DNA of 64,000 nucleotides, taken from positions 46,814,353 to 46,878,352 of the forward strand of contig NC_068986.1 of assembly GCF_001194135.2 (NCBI RefSeq), given 5' to 3'. Numbering within the stretch: the first letter of the stretch is position 1; each line of letters starts with the position of its first letter. The translations under genes and the position numbers were made by a program. The notes beneath the pieces are model-generated. The model worked only from the letters and a program-made list of their open reading frames with translations, was not told where the DNA came from and did not search any database. Of this stretch, positions 10,581 through 24,044 are shown in pieces. Origin of the DNA: Octopus bimaculoides (Eukaryota).

Positions 10581-11668
10581 CCAATAATATATTACTTGTA
10601 ATATAGATATTAGAAACATTGTATTAAGTATTTATAAGGTTTATTGTGAACCAAAGATATCAGATTCACAATCCAGTTAATGTGATTCAAACTCAGCAAA
10701 TAATATCGACAATTTCATTGTATTGTATTGCATTCACCGGACGTCTGCCCGACAACATACACGCTACTTCATTAACTTTTGTCGTCGCAAATAATGCTGA
10801 TTTAAAAGTTACTTCTATTTAATTTGCTAACTGTCTTGGTGTACCAGAACTTCCTGTATATTCGTGAATCTCGCATTGTACTATCATATTCTCTCAGCCA
10901 GCTTTCAGTCGTCCTATCAATATCTATGTTTGCTTAAGCGTGTCTTCTGTTATTACATCTATGGCGTGACTAAAGTAGATTTATATAGGTCTTCTGTACT
11001 CTAATTATAGCTTAAGATGCAGACCATTTATCAACCTTTTCCCTTCCGTTCATTTTTGTTGAAGTTATCACTCTGCTACCTGAAAGAAGAGATGATCGTA
11101 TGCCACCAGCTCATGTAAACAAAAAAAAGCTAATGTTCATGGGGGATACTAAGTAGGACAAATGAGTATATTTCGGAGTCAATGTCCCCGAACCTTGCTC
11201 TTTAATTAGTAGATTCTGGTTGTTTCATATTTCCCCAGATTAAATAGGGTATTGAGTAGTCGAGTGACTGAAAAACTTCCTTAATAATAAATAATAATAA
11301 AAACTTGAATTACAATTAAAATGTTATAAATTTCAATTCTATCTAAAAGGTTGATTCTTATAAGAACTTCTTGATAAATCTATTTGAATTCAGTCTAGTT
11401 TTATATTGAACTACATACAAGTAAAACTAATCTTCAAAATGTATTTCGAATGTGCCGTCACAGATTTATTAGATAAGTGAAATCTATTTATTCTGTCTTA
11501 TGAATACGGGATAAATAAGATATATCTATTTCATATTGATCATATTATCATCGTGAATTTGGTAGTCAGAAACTGTGTGTAAGCCAGACGTATGTGTGTG
11601 TGTGTGTGTGTGCGTGTGTGCTTGCGTGCGTGCGTTGTGTGTTTGTGTGTGTGTGTTTGTATGCGCGT

Positions 11669-11766
11669 GCGGAGGCGCAATGGCCCAGTGGTTAGGGCAG
11701 CGGACCCGCGGTCGGAGGATCGCGGTTTCGATTCCCAGACCGGGTGTTGTGAGTGTTTATTGAGCA
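11669..11766 (+). mobile_element. OR1-like SINE head running into a gap
   Basis: GCGGAGGCGCAATGGCCCAGTGGTTAGGGCAGCGGACCCGCGG..GTTTCGATTCCCAGACCGGG. Confidence 0.9.
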
Positions 11767-12720
11767 NNNNNNNNNNNNNNNNNNNNNNNNNNNNNNNNNN
11801 NNNNNNNNNNNNNNNNNNNNNNNNNNNNNNNNNNNNNNNNNNNNNNNNNNNNNNNNNNNNNNNNNNNNNNNNNNNNNNNNNNNNNNNNNNNNNNNNNNNN
11901 NNNNNNNNNNNNNNNNNNNNNNNNNNNNNNNNNNNNNNNNNNNNNNNNNNNNNNNNNNNNNNNNNNNNNNNNNNNNNNNNNNNNNNNNNNNNNNNNNNNN
12001 NNNNNNNNNNNNNNNNNNNNNNNNNNNNNNNNNNNNNNNNNNNNNNNNNNNNNNNNNNNNNNNNNNNNNNNNNNNNNNNNNNNNNNNNNNNNNNNNNNNN
12101 NNNNNNNNNNNNNNNNNNNNNNNNNNNNNNNNNNNNNNNNNNNNNNNNNNNNNNNNNNNNNNNNNNNNNNNNNNNNNNNNNNNNNNNNNNNNNNNNNNNN
12201 NNNNNNNNNNNNNNNNNNNNNNNNNNNNNNNNNNNNNNNNNNNNNNNNNNNNNNNNNNNNNNNNNNNNNNNNNNNNNNNNNNNNNNNNNNNNNNNNNNNN
12301 NNNNNNNNNNNNNNNNNNNNNNNNNNNNNNNNNNNNNNNNNNNNNNNNNNNNNNNNNNNNNNNNNNNNNNNNNNNNNNNNNNNNNNNNNNNNNNNNNNNN
12401 NNNNNNNNNNNNNNNNNNNNNNNNNNNNNNNNNNNNNNNNNNNNNNNNNNNNNNNNNNNNNNNNNNNNNNNNNNNNNNNNNNNNNNNNNNNNNNNNNNNN
12501 NNNNNNNNNNNNNNNNNNNNNNNNNNNNNNNNNNNNNNNNNNNNNNNNNNNNNNNNNNNNNNNNNNNNNNNNNNNNNNNNNNNNNNNNNNNNNNNNNNNN
12601 NNNNNNNNNNNNNNNNNNNNNNNNNNNNNNNNNNNNNNNNNNNNNNNNNNNNNNNNNNNNNNNNNNNNNNNNNNNNNNNNNNNNNNNNNNNNNNNNNNNN
12701 NNNNNNNNNNNNNNNNNNNN

Positions 12721-13040
12721 GCTCGTGAAATTAACGAGCAAATGGCTGAGCACTCCACAGACACGTGTACCCTTAACGTATTTCTCAGGGATATTCATCG
12801 TGACACAGTGTGACAAGGCTGACCCTTTGAATTACAGGCACAACAGAAACAGGAAGTAATAGTGAGAGAAAGTTGTGGTGAAAGAGTACAGCAGGGTTCG
12901 CTACCATCCCCTGCCGGAGCCTCGTGGATATTTAGGTATTTTCGCTCAATAAACACTCACAACGCCCGGTCTGGGAATCGAAACTGCGATCTTATGACCG
13001 CGAGTCCGCTGCCCTAACCACTGGGCCATTGCGCCTCTAC
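12721..13040 (-). mobile_element. OR1-like SINE, 5' 320 bp emerging from a gap
   Basis: Near-colinear with 28857-29175. Confidence 0.9.
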
Positions 13041-13120
13041 ACATCTACATACACCTACAGCAATCAAAGCTGTTTGTCAGCAGAAAAGGGAATAACAGAA
13101 AATGTAATACTTTATCTGTC

Positions 13121-13340
13121 ATCTTTTACTTGTTTGTTATTGGACTGCGGTCAAGCTGGACACCGCCTTGAAGGTTTTGGTCGAAAAAATTGACGCTAGT
13201 ACTTCATGTATTTCTTTAAGCCGGATATTTATTCTATCGGTCACTTATGCTGAACCACTAAGTTAGGGAGACATAGATAAGCTAGCACCAATTATAAAGT
13301 GATGATAGGAGACAAACACAAACACAAAGACACACACAGA
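13121..13340 (-). mobile_element. SINE family B 3' half
   Basis: Reverse complement of the tail seen at 26790-26981 (..CCAGC..GCAGTC..AAACAAGTAAAAGA). Confidence 0.7.
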
Positions 13341-13364
13341 AGTATATACATACACACAGTTGTC

Positions 13365-14083
13365 AAGTATCACCACAAACTTCGTTATTATGGCAGAGCG
13401 GCAAGAAGGAAGCAACTTCTTCGACCAACCAACATCAAGCGGAGAAAGGATTGGGCCAGTGAGATGGTGGAAAGGCCACTAGCATTTTGGGACACTCTCA
13501 TATACTCTGATGAGTCCAGATTTACTGTATTTCCTGACAGCGGTCAGTGTGTATCTGGAGACTGTAATCAACACTTTCATGTGAAAAGAATGTAGCCAAC
13601 AATAAAACACTACAGCTATACCGTGATGGTTTGGAGAGCAATTTAGAGCAATGGTTGATCAGAGCTGGTGGAGTGTGAGGGAAACATAAACTCAGATAAA
13701 TATGTGTCCATATTGCAGAAAGGACCCCTTCCAACCTTCTCCAGTGGTGAAATGATTAAAGAAGACTTTTTATCTATGGAGGATGGGGCTCCTTGTCGCA
13801 CGGCTAAAATTAACCAAGATTTGTTGGATGAGAATGGCATTAAAAAGCTTTCATAGCCAAGCCAGTCAACAGATATGAACCATATTGAACACATCTGGGA
13901 CATGATGTGGACAAGACACTTTATAGAAAGAACAAGAAAGCATCTTCAAAGCCAGATCTTTTGAGATTACTGCATGGGACTTGGCAAGAATTTCCGCAAG
14001 AGAATATTTGTCATCTGATCAGTAACATTCCTAATAGAATCTTTGCATTGAAAAATGCAAAGGGCATATTTACTAAGTATTAA
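13365..14083 (+). pseudogene. Tc1-family DD34E transposase remnant
   Basis: GRAARRKQLL, LIYSDESRF, VMVWRA, EDGAPC..*PSQSTDMNHIEHIW with 34 residues between D and E, ending GIFTKY*. Contains stops and frameshifts. Confidence 0.9.
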
Positions 14084-14166
14084 ATATTCACATCATAACA
14101 ATTAATAAATAATTTGAATGTATAATTTCAGATTTTAATAAATTTGAATGATTATAAGCATGTCTA

Positions 14167-14207
<41 letters not shown>

Positions 14208-14835
14208 NNNNNNNNNNNNNNNNNNNNNNNNNNNNNNNNNNNNNNNNNNNNNNNNNNNNNNNNNNNNNNNNNNNNNNNNNNNNNNNNNNNNNNNNNNNNN
14301 NNNNNNNNNNNNNNNNNNNNNNNNNNNNNNNNNNNNNNNNNNNNNNNNNNNNNNNNNNNNNNNNNNNNNNNNNNNNNNNNNNNNNNNNNNNNNNNNNNNN
14401 NNNNNNNNNNNNNNNNNNNNNNNNNNNNNNNNNNNNNNNNNNNNNNNNNNNNNNNNNNNNNNNNNNNNNNNNNNNNNNNNNNNNNNNNNNNNNNNNNNNN
14501 NNNNNNNNNNNNNNNNNNNNNNNNNNNNNNNNNNNNNNNNNAATAGCAAAAGGAAAATGAAATAAAAGTTTCAAAAGCTGAGAGATCGGGTGAAGTCACT
14601 AACATACTCCTAAACTAATTAACGCCAGAAGTAATCAGAAGGTAAAGTCATAGCATCTTTTAAGTAGATTAAACCTAAATAGTATTCTGCAGTTCTGCCA
14701 ACCTCGACTTCATTCCTTCGAATGTCGTATAAAAACGCATCATTCAGTCACCAAAACACTCATACGTCTCTTTCATTAGCTTCTACAAATTTCAATTAAC
14801 ACTCTCAACCATCACACTACCGAAAAGAGACACAT

Positions 14836-14885
<50 letters not shown>

Positions 14886-15094
14886 AAGTACGTACGAACG
14901 TACGCTATCAAAACACATCTGCTAATACTTTTAAAAGGGAAACATTGCAAAATGCGGTCCAAATACACTGAATAAAAGACAAGCCACAACACAAAACTTT
15001 CAGGTCTCTCAGCTTATACATTATACAAGCCCAAGAAAGAAACAGTGATACAAACTCAAGAAAGGAACAACAATACAAGCCCGAGAAAGAGGCT

Positions 15095-15250
15095 CAGTGC
15101 GATCGTTTGACCTACAAGTTATAGCAGTCAAATCTCAAGCGAATCATAACATTTTAAATATAAGAACACTAAGTAATGTGGTCTTAGGTGTAACTGTCCC
15201 TAGCAAAAAGATGAGATGATCATGGCTGGAATGGTTTCTATCACAAGTTT
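15095..15250 (-). repeat. Old interspersed repeat family D (core GCTGCTATTTCTAGCAG)
   Basis: Related degenerate pieces at ~27835-27915, ~48225-48300 and ~56850-56900 on the plus strand. Confidence 0.4.
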
Positions 15251-17339
15251 ACAAAGACTTTGCAAGCAAAAGACATTTAGACATTCAAATTGCTTGAACA
15301 CATCTGATCACCACCCACTAATTCTTAAATAAACCTATACAACATTAACATATCTATAAAACATACAGTGTTGAATGCTCTCTTCGTTCCACTGTCCTCC
15401 AGACGCAGCTACACAAATTATATATTAATCAGTCAAATACCTGATTTTAAGTAACAGGCTGTCTGTCACACCTACTTATCAGCAATCTTACCAACAACAC
15501 TACAACAAACAAATACAATCACGATCACACCGAATAATATGAACACACCATACACAATCACACGCGCAATTATTATATAAACTCTACATACACACACAGC
15601 AGATACATACACGGAATAAATGCTAGAAATTACTAATACATTCTATAACATTTACAGTACACGTCTGAAAGTTAGTAACGAAGCAAAATGCTGAACAAGC
15701 ATACCAGGAGAACAGGTAGTCACTACAGGAAGAGACTAGCTGCATGATCTAACAACAGTAAACCTCAATAAAATACAACTGTGCTTTGTGACATATTAGA
15801 CGTAACAAAGACCTCACCCCTAGACTACCACCTACGCTACTCAAGAAATAAATTAGAAGTGAAAAATCACAGGGTCATAACAACCTTCTACATTACCGCT
15901 ATATGTAAATTCATGTTAAAACAATTAGATATCTACAAAACTTCAAACATTACTTCTTATCCGAAAAAAATATTCGCCTTTCATTCAGTCTATAAAATGA
16001 ACGTGCACAAAAATAGCAGTCGCATCAATAGTCTTATTAGCCTCAACCATAATACAATGATGTACACCAACAATGATTAGTGCAGAGTAACAGCAACAGT
16101 TGCACTCTTATCAGTACCTCGTTCTCCGCCTCTGATGTGGCTAAAAGGAAATCTACCAGCTTACATAACTGAATAATAGAAAATCTACTAAATGCCCTTC
16201 TGCTGTATTGTGATCTATAACGCATGGAACATGAAGCACGATCTTCAGCTTGGAGGCTTTGTATACCTAACGTTGCGTGACTGTAGATGGTACCTCGTCA
16301 TTTGATCTACTTACCTATATGCCATATATTTACATGATCAACAAAAGTTGTATCATGTTATCCACCATACGTCGACAGCATCACGAGAGCTACAAAGACG
16401 TATGGCAACAATGCCTAAGAATTATAAGTTTGACAATTCTTTTTTTCTTATTTCTCTTTGTGTAATGAACAATAGCATGGCCACAAGCGGATAACTGAAA
16501 GCAGTAAAAGAATCACATGATATAATTCTAACAATAATGTAAAACAGTAAAATCTTTACATTCAATTTATTTTTCTCCATAATAATTATTTTCTCAGGCT
16601 GATTAAAAGCACGCAATCCAAACCCAGAAGAAAGACGGACAAGAGTAGGAAATTAACAGCTGTAAGGAATATTTATTTTAAGCACCTAAAACCGAAATTG
16701 AATTTCTGTTTTGAAGTATAAACACTAAATTGAAGGAGATTAATGGTGGTCAGCATCGGCAAAATATTAAAATGTCTCCTTCTTTGCTTTTTATCCCCGC
16801 CTGATTATAAAGAATCATCAGTTGTTGAAGCTAGAGCACACACTTATTTTATGTTTTAACTCAAATATAACAAGTAAGCTATGTTTAAAGTATTTCATAT
16901 AGAAATACTCTGCTCTGGAAACTATTTGAAATATTTCAAAGAGAAATAATGTACTTGAAACATTGCTTCAAGTATTTCGCACAGAAAAAAAATCCAAATT
17001 GACTGAACTGAAGGAATAATTTTAATATGCAAAGAACAATTTCAAACTTAAGTTGGTGGAACATTTTCAGCACGAAAGTAGTGTTTACGAAAAGTAAGAA
17101 AGATGCATTCAAAATGAGTATTAGTGATGTAACGTCAAAACACTAAAATCTCTTTAATGAATTTCAACACTAGCTCAAAACAGACAATAGGGATATTTGT
17201 AATACAAGAAAGCATAACTCTTCTCTCTCTTTCTTTCTTCACACTTTCTTCCTTTCTCTCTCTCCCTCCCCTTTTCCATTTTTCTTTCTCTCTCTCTGTC
17301 TTTGTGATTATTTATATATGCGTGTATGCATTCTATAGC

Positions 17340-18100
17340 ACAACGAATTAAGAATATATGCTGAGGTGAGAGGAGTTTCCGACGTTTCAGACATATTGCT
17401 TCCTCAGGTTTGTGATAAAAAGTAAAAGAAAAAGAAGACAGAAATGTTTCACATCCTATCAATAAGAGCAACACAAAGAAACTGAAAGGAAATGTTCATT
17501 TGCATGTGATTACATGTGTAGAGAAGTAGTGGGAGAAACTTGTCGAGAAAAGAAAAGGAAATGGAGGAGATAGAGGGGGGCAAAGAGGAAGAGAAAGCGG
17601 GTGACAATGAGTAGAGCGACAATTACAGCAAGAGAAAAGTTGAACATGTAAATTTTGGAGGTTTTCCTCGCAATGGTAACTTAAGCATTAAAGCATTATT
17701 GGAAACTTTCTGTATCTTCATCAGATATCTCAGTGTTACAAATATTAAGCCTCTCACATGAATGGGAAGTTAGGACGGAATTAGCGTTCGCCAACAAACG
17801 GGCTCCATTTACGGCTCGACCACTTTGGATACGTTTCAGCTACCTCTCTCATGAATATCTGCATGATATAGAGCTCTGATCTTGTCGAGAAATCGTGTCA
17901 GCTGACTTCAGTGGGGAATAGATATTTGGTTTATTTGGTTTTCTTGAGGTAGTGAGAAATATCAAGGCTGTACTTCCAGGGTGATATGAGTTCAGCCATG
18001 TTGATCGTTTCTGTACTGATAAGTAGAAGAACCATGCCAGACCGTAGAGAAGTTATTGCTACCTCTTCAGAAAATGTGAGTTCCCTTCTGACTCATTTGC
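17340..18100 (-). mobile_element. Probable Penelope-like element 3' end (decayed GIY-YIG region, pyrimidine-rich UTR, hammerhead-like motif)
   Basis: Minus-strand LYI..Q, IHVRGL and a frameshifted LGTIA-like tract loosely match PLE endonuclease ends. Followed by a CT-rich UTR and CTGAGGA..GAAACGTC. Confidence 0.45.
17379..17408 (-). ncRNA. Minimal type-I hammerhead core motif
   Basis: CTGAGGA AG caatatgt CT GAAAC GTC: 2-bp stem II and palindromic ACGT stem III. Stem I is poor (1 bp). Confidence 0.4.
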
Positions 18101-18192
18101 ATCTCCTAGTCAAAAGCTAGACACAAAATAGAAAACGGATCTTTCATGCATGTTTATAAACATAAATATGTGTGTACTTATACAAGCATATA

Positions 18193-18348
18193 AATCCTTT
18201 CTACTATAGGCGCAAAGCGTGAAATTTCATGGGAAGATGATAATCGATTTCATCGACCCCAGACCTCCACTATTTATTTATTTTATCGACCCCGAAATTC
18301 GACCTCAGTGGACTTTGAACTCAGATCGTAAAACTGAAAGAAATGCTT
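18193..18348 (-). mobile_element. SINE family A 3' part
   Basis: AATCCTTTCTACTATAGG..ATCGACCCC..GACCTC..TTTGAACTCAGA. Confidence 0.75.
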
Positions 18349-18593
18349 ATTATAAGTGTGAAACAAATTCTAACTCGTACTAGTTATACTATTTTGTAAT
18401 AATTTCAGAACATAAAGAGAGTATAAACAAAAATATTACATACATTTTCAGGCTAGTGATTTGTAACACGCCAGAACTGACTGGAGACTGACATCAAGAA
18501 GTTGGAATATATCATGGTACTATATAATACTCTATGTACGGTATACATAAGAATTGTGTTTATAGTGGTTTTAGATATGGTAAATAAAAGTCA

Positions 18594-18665
<72 letters not shown>

Positions 18666-19750
18666 TGCATGTATGTACGTATATATGTATATATCATATA
18701 TGTCACACACACGCGCGCACACATACGCACGCACGCACATACACATATATACATACATATATATATATACAAACTTACAAACACACACACACATACATAA
18801 ATATATATATATATNNNNNNNNNNCATATACATATATATTTATATTTATATTTATATAAAGATCATATAGGACGATATAATTGAAAGGAAAACTCATGGT
18901 AAAGGAAAACTACTAGAAATTAATAGCTACCCTAAAAGACTGATGCATAGAGAAAATAAGAACTAACATCAGAGATTTGTAAATAAAAAAAAAAATACAA
19001 GTTGCTTTGAAGCTGGTAAGAATATCTGGAATATATTTCCTCGTGTACCATAATGCTAAGATTACAGTTGCCATTTCTTGTTATTTCAAGATTTATCCAA
19101 ACTTCCTACTTGGCATCAATGATTGCACTTTTCTGAATAATCGACCAACTAACTTTAAAATTCATAAATTATGTATAATATACAGCATATGGAAATATTT
19201 TTAACAACAAATTCTGATTCCGTTAGGAAATGAATCTCAATGCAGCATTCTAATCTTTAGTTATCTCCTGCCAGAAGAGAGTTCAGAAAAGCCATTTGAT
19301 ATATATAAATATTCAAAACACAGCGTCAGTTCATTTCTAACATATGCTGCGTTGTCAATATTTTACGTAAAAGCAATTGATCCAACATTTAATAAGATAG
19401 CATATCTGGTTACCTTCAGTGATTACAAATTACACGGCATCTTTAACATGGCTTCATGTTCAGAAAGTTAATGTACCCTTTTGAAGATGTTTCTATGAAT
19501 TATTAGAGACCAATGTGAGAGGTCAGTCGGTGAGTTACATAATACATTGACCAATAAAATGCTGCAAGGTATTTATCGTACCTAGCCATCAATTTAAGAT
19601 GTAAATATAAATACAGTATAGTGAAATATGTACACCAAAAGAGTACACATCGACAAGACAATATAAGAAAGGAAAGAAACGAACTTTGATGAGTGCTGGT
19701 TAGATTAATTCTTCCAGAAATCACCCCGAGGCATCATTTCTTTTTGCTTT

Positions 19751-19981
19751 TTGTTCTCGTTTCACTCATTGAACTGCAAACATACTGGGTCACCGCCTTG
19801 AAGGGTTTTTATTGGATAGATCGGTCCTATTATCTATTTTTTAAAAATCAGTCACTTATTCTATCGGGCTTTTATACCGAACCGCTAAGTTACGTGGATG
19901 TAAGCACAACACTAGTTGTTAAGTGATTTGATGGCAAACATATACAAAGACATGCGCGAGCAACACACACAAACACACACA
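19751..19981 (-). mobile_element. SINE family B 3' half
   Basis: CACCGCCTTGAAGGG..TTATTCTATCGG..GAACCGCTAAGTTACG matches 13121-13340. Confidence 0.75.
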
Positions 19982-20636
19982 NNNNNNNNNNNNNNNNNNN
20001 NNNNNNNNNNNNNNNNNNNNNNNNNNNNNNNNNNNNNNNNNNNNNNNNNNNNNNNNNNNNNNNNNNNNNNNNNNNNNNNNNNNNNNNNNNNNNNNNNNNN
20101 NNNNNNNNNNNNNNNNNNNNNNNNNNNNNNNNNNNNNNNNNNNNNNNNNNNNNNNNNNNNNNNNNNNNNNNNNNNNNNNNNNNNNNNNNNNNNNNNNNNN
20201 NNNNNNNNNNNNNNNNNNNNNNNNNNNNNNNNNNNNNNNNNNNNNNNNNNNNNNNNNNNNNNNNNNNNNNNNNNNNNNNNNNNNNNNNNNNNNNNNNNNN
20301 NNNNNNNNNNNNNNNNNNNNNNNNNNNNNNNNNNNNNNNNNNNNNNNNNNNNNNNNNNNNNNNNNNNNNNNNNNNNNNNNNNNNNNNNNNNNNNNNNNNN
20401 NNNNNNNNNNAGATATAGATAGAAAGATGGAGGAAGACAGATAAATAGATAGAAAGATAGATAGATAGATAGACAGATAGATAGATAGATAGATAGAAAG
20501 ATAGTCACGTCAGAATAATAGTAGACTTACTTGCAAAAAAGGACGTGTGCGTTCAATAATGTAATAATACAAAGAATATATATACATGTATACACACATA
20601 TATGTACATACTTACATCTACATGTGTATATACATA

Positions 20637-21886
20637 TTGGGTAATCCCATAAGTAATGCGGTTTTTGCAATTGCTTGAACTAAAAGTTGGAGAGGGACGG
20701 GATAAACTTGTATCAACTTGCTATAAAAGCAGGTAGTAATTTTACCTTATACCTATTCTTAGTGCAGGTTTTGAAGTGTGCAGTTCGATTTAAACAGTTA
20801 TTTTTTCAAAGCTATAATGGAAGTGACAAAGGAGCATATTCGGCATATTATGCTTCATGAGTTCAATAAAGGCAACAACGCAACAAGTGCAAGCAATATT
20901 AAATATGTATATGGGGATCGGACAATAAGCGTAAGCCAGTGTCAACGGTAGTTCCAGAAATTCCGAGTTCGAAACTGCAGCCTAGAAGACAAGCCTCGTC
21001 CTGGAAGATATATAGAGCTCGACGAGGGCGTCCTGCAAACTCTGGTGGAACAAAATTACATTGTAACTGCTGAGGAGCTAGCAGAGAAGCTTGGATTCAA
21101 CCATTCATCGGCACCTTCATGCTATCGGAAAAGTCAACAAATTAGGTCAATAGGTTCCTCAGAAACTTTCCAAGTCTAATCGCGCGTAGAGAGTGAACGC
21201 GTGGTCTCTGCTGTCACGTCGCACGGCTGAACATTTTTTGGACCGAATAGTGACTAGTGACGAGAAATAGGTTCTCTATGAAAATGTCAAGCACCGAAGA
21301 AAGGAGAAACACCGGCACCTTTGGCTAAAGAAGGTCTTCACTGGTGTAAGGTGTTGTTATCTGTTTGGTGGGATATGGAAGGTTTAGTCCACTTTGAACT
21401 TTTAAACCCAAACCAAATGATAACAAGGGAGATCTACTGTAAGCAGCTTGAGCAGTTTAAGTCAGTGCTGGAAGAAAGACGACCATCTTTCCTTTCAAGA
21501 CGGAAAGTGTTCTTCCATCAGGATAATGCTGACCACGTACAGTCAGGATGACGTTCCAAAGGCTGGAGCAGTTTGAATGGGAAACAATGCCTGACTCACC
21601 ATATTCTCTGGACATTACCCCATCTGATTATCATTTATTCCGCACTTTTCAAAATCATTTGGACGGAAAAAATGTAAATTCTGTAGACAAAGTCAGAACA
21701 GTACTGGAGGAGTATTTTTCGTCACGGACAAGTGAATTTTGAAAGAGGGGCCTTGCAAGTCTACCAGATATATGGAAGAGCATTGTAGAAAATGAAGAGT
21801 ATATTTAATTTTAAAAAAGAACTTTATCTTAATTTTGAAAAATAAAAGAAGTACAAAAACACCGCATTATCTATAGGAAGACCCAA
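20637..21886 (+). mobile_element. Full-length mariner (DD34D, mellifera/cecropia-like), inactivated
   Basis: TA|TTGGGTAATCCCATAAGTAATGCGG 5' TIR and CCGCATTATCTATAGGAAGACCCAA|TG 3' TIR. ATG at 20817 gives MEVTKEHIRHIMLHEFNKG; later motifs *VPQKL, VTSDEK*, VWWDMEG, FHQDNA and YSLDITPSDYHLF. Stops and frameshifts throughout. Confidence 0.95.
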
Positions 21887-22591
21887 TGTCTGTGTGTATA
21901 TATATATATANNNNNNNNNNNNNNNNNNNNNNNNNNNNNNNNNNNNNNNNNNNNNNNNNNNNNNNNNNNNNNNNNNNNNNNNNNNNNNNNNNNNNNNNNN
22001 NNNNNNNNNNNNNNNNNNNNNNNNNNNNNNNNNNNNNNNNNNNNNNNNNNNNNNNNNNNNNNNNNNNNNNNNNNNNNNNNNNNNNNNNNNNNNNNNNNNN
22101 NNNNNNNNNNNNNNNNNNNNNNNNNNNNNNNNNNNNNNNNNNNNNNNNNNNNNNNNNNNNNNNNNNNNNNNNNNNNNNNNNNNNNNNNNNNNNNNNNNNN
22201 NNNNNNNNNNNNNNNNNNNNNNNNNNNNNNNNNNNNNNNNNNNNNNNNNNNNNNNNNNNNNNNNNNNNNNNNNNNNNNNNNNNNNNNNNNNNNNNNNNNN
22301 NNNNNNNNNNNNNNNNNNNNNNNNNNNNNNNNNNNNNNNNNNNNNNNNNNNNNNNNNNNNNNNNNNNNNNNNNNNNNNNNNNNNNNNNNNNNNNNNNNNN
22401 NNNNNNNNNNNNNNNNNNNNNNNNNNNNNNNNNNNNNNNNNNNNNNNNNNNNNNNNNNNNNNNNNNNNNNNNNNNNNNNNNNNNNNNNNNNNNNNNNNNN
22501 NNNNNNNNNNNNNNNNNNNNNNNNNNNNNNNNNNNNNNNNNNNNNNNNNNNNNNNNNNNNNNNNNNNNNNNNNNNNNNNNNNNNNNNNNNN

Positions 22592-22672
<81 letters not shown>

Positions 22673-22915
22673 CATACACACATACGCCCACATTTACACA
22701 TATGCACACACGTACATACGCATATACAAATATACATATATATGTGCATGTCCCCATACACACATATATACATATATATATATATAGATAGAAAAAGACA
22801 CATACACATACACATACATATACATCTACGCCTATAACCAAATAAACAGATACGCATATACATAGACATACATGTATTCAAACACATACGTGAACACACG
22901 TATGTACAAACATAC

Positions 22916-23059
22916 TGTTACGAACGCCCGCACGCGAAGCACCTCCTTAACCCCGAAGAGGGGACTCGCGCGCGCGCGAACGTTCATACGCTCAGTGAGA
23001 TAGCAACTCGTCTGTCGGTCACCTGACCGATAATAAAGCCCCGGCTGGAGCACGTAACG
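22916..23059 (+). mobile_element. Possible short solo LTR
   Basis: Begins TGTTACG, ends CGTAACG (inverted termini), with AATAAA ~25 nt before the end. GC-rich island. No TSD found. Confidence 0.3.
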
Positions 23060-24044
23060 AAGAACAACACAGGCAAAAGGAGGGGAGGAAGAAACAACAT
23101 GAAGACCATGCGTTGGGTAACCTTTTCTTTTTACATACATAACATCACAGAATACATTTAAAACATTAGAATAGAACATTACATAATAACAATTCAATAA
23201 CGTTGACAAAGTTTCCAAACAATTACNNNNNNNNNNNNNNNNNNNNNNNNNNNNNNNNNNNNNNNNNNNNNNNNNNNNNNNNNNNNNNNNNNNNNNNNNN
23301 NNNNNNNNNNNNNNNNNNNNNNNNNNNNNNNNNNNNNNNNNNNNNNNNNNNNNNNNNNNNNNNNNNNNNNNNNNNNNNNNNNNNNNNNNNNNNNNNNNNN
23401 NNNNNNNNNNNNNNNNNNNNNNNNNNNNNNNNNNNNNNNNNNNNNNNNNNNNNNNNNNNNNNNNNNNNNNNNNNNNNNNNNNNNNNNNNNNNNNNNNNNN
23501 NNNNNNNNNNNNNNNNNNNNNNNNNNNNNNNNNNNNNNNNNNNNNNNNNNNNNNNNNNNNNNNNNNNNNNNNNNNNNNNNNNNNNNNNNNNNNNNNNNNN
23601 NNNNNNNNNNNNNNNNNNNNNNNNNNNNNNNNNNNNNNNNNNNNNNNNNNNNNNNNNNNNNNNNNNNNNNNNNNNNNNNNNNNNNNNNNNNNNNNNNNNN
23701 NNNNNNNNNNNNNNNNNNNNNNNNNNNNNNNNNNNNNNNNNNNNNNNNNNNNNNNNNNNNNNNNNNNNNNNNNNNNNNNNNNNNNNNNNNNNNNNNNNNN
23801 NNNNNNNNNNNNNNNNNNNNNNNNNNNNNNNNNNNNNNNNNNNNNNNNNNNNNNNNNNNNNNNNNNNNNNNNNNNNNNNNNNNNNNNNNNNNNNNNNNNN
23901 NNNNNNNNNNNNNNNNNNNNNNNNNNNNNNNNNNNNNNNNNNNNNNNNNNNNNNNNNNNNNNNNNNNNNNNNNNNNNNNNNNNNNNNNNNNNNNNNNNNN
24001 NNNNNNNNNNNNNNNNNNNNTATATATGGGAGAATATACAAATA

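Noticed and set aside
17700-18075. Further CTGATGA, CTGAAGA and GAAACGT strings on the minus strand
   Set aside because: They do not assemble into a ribozyme and are better explained as decayed coding sequence.
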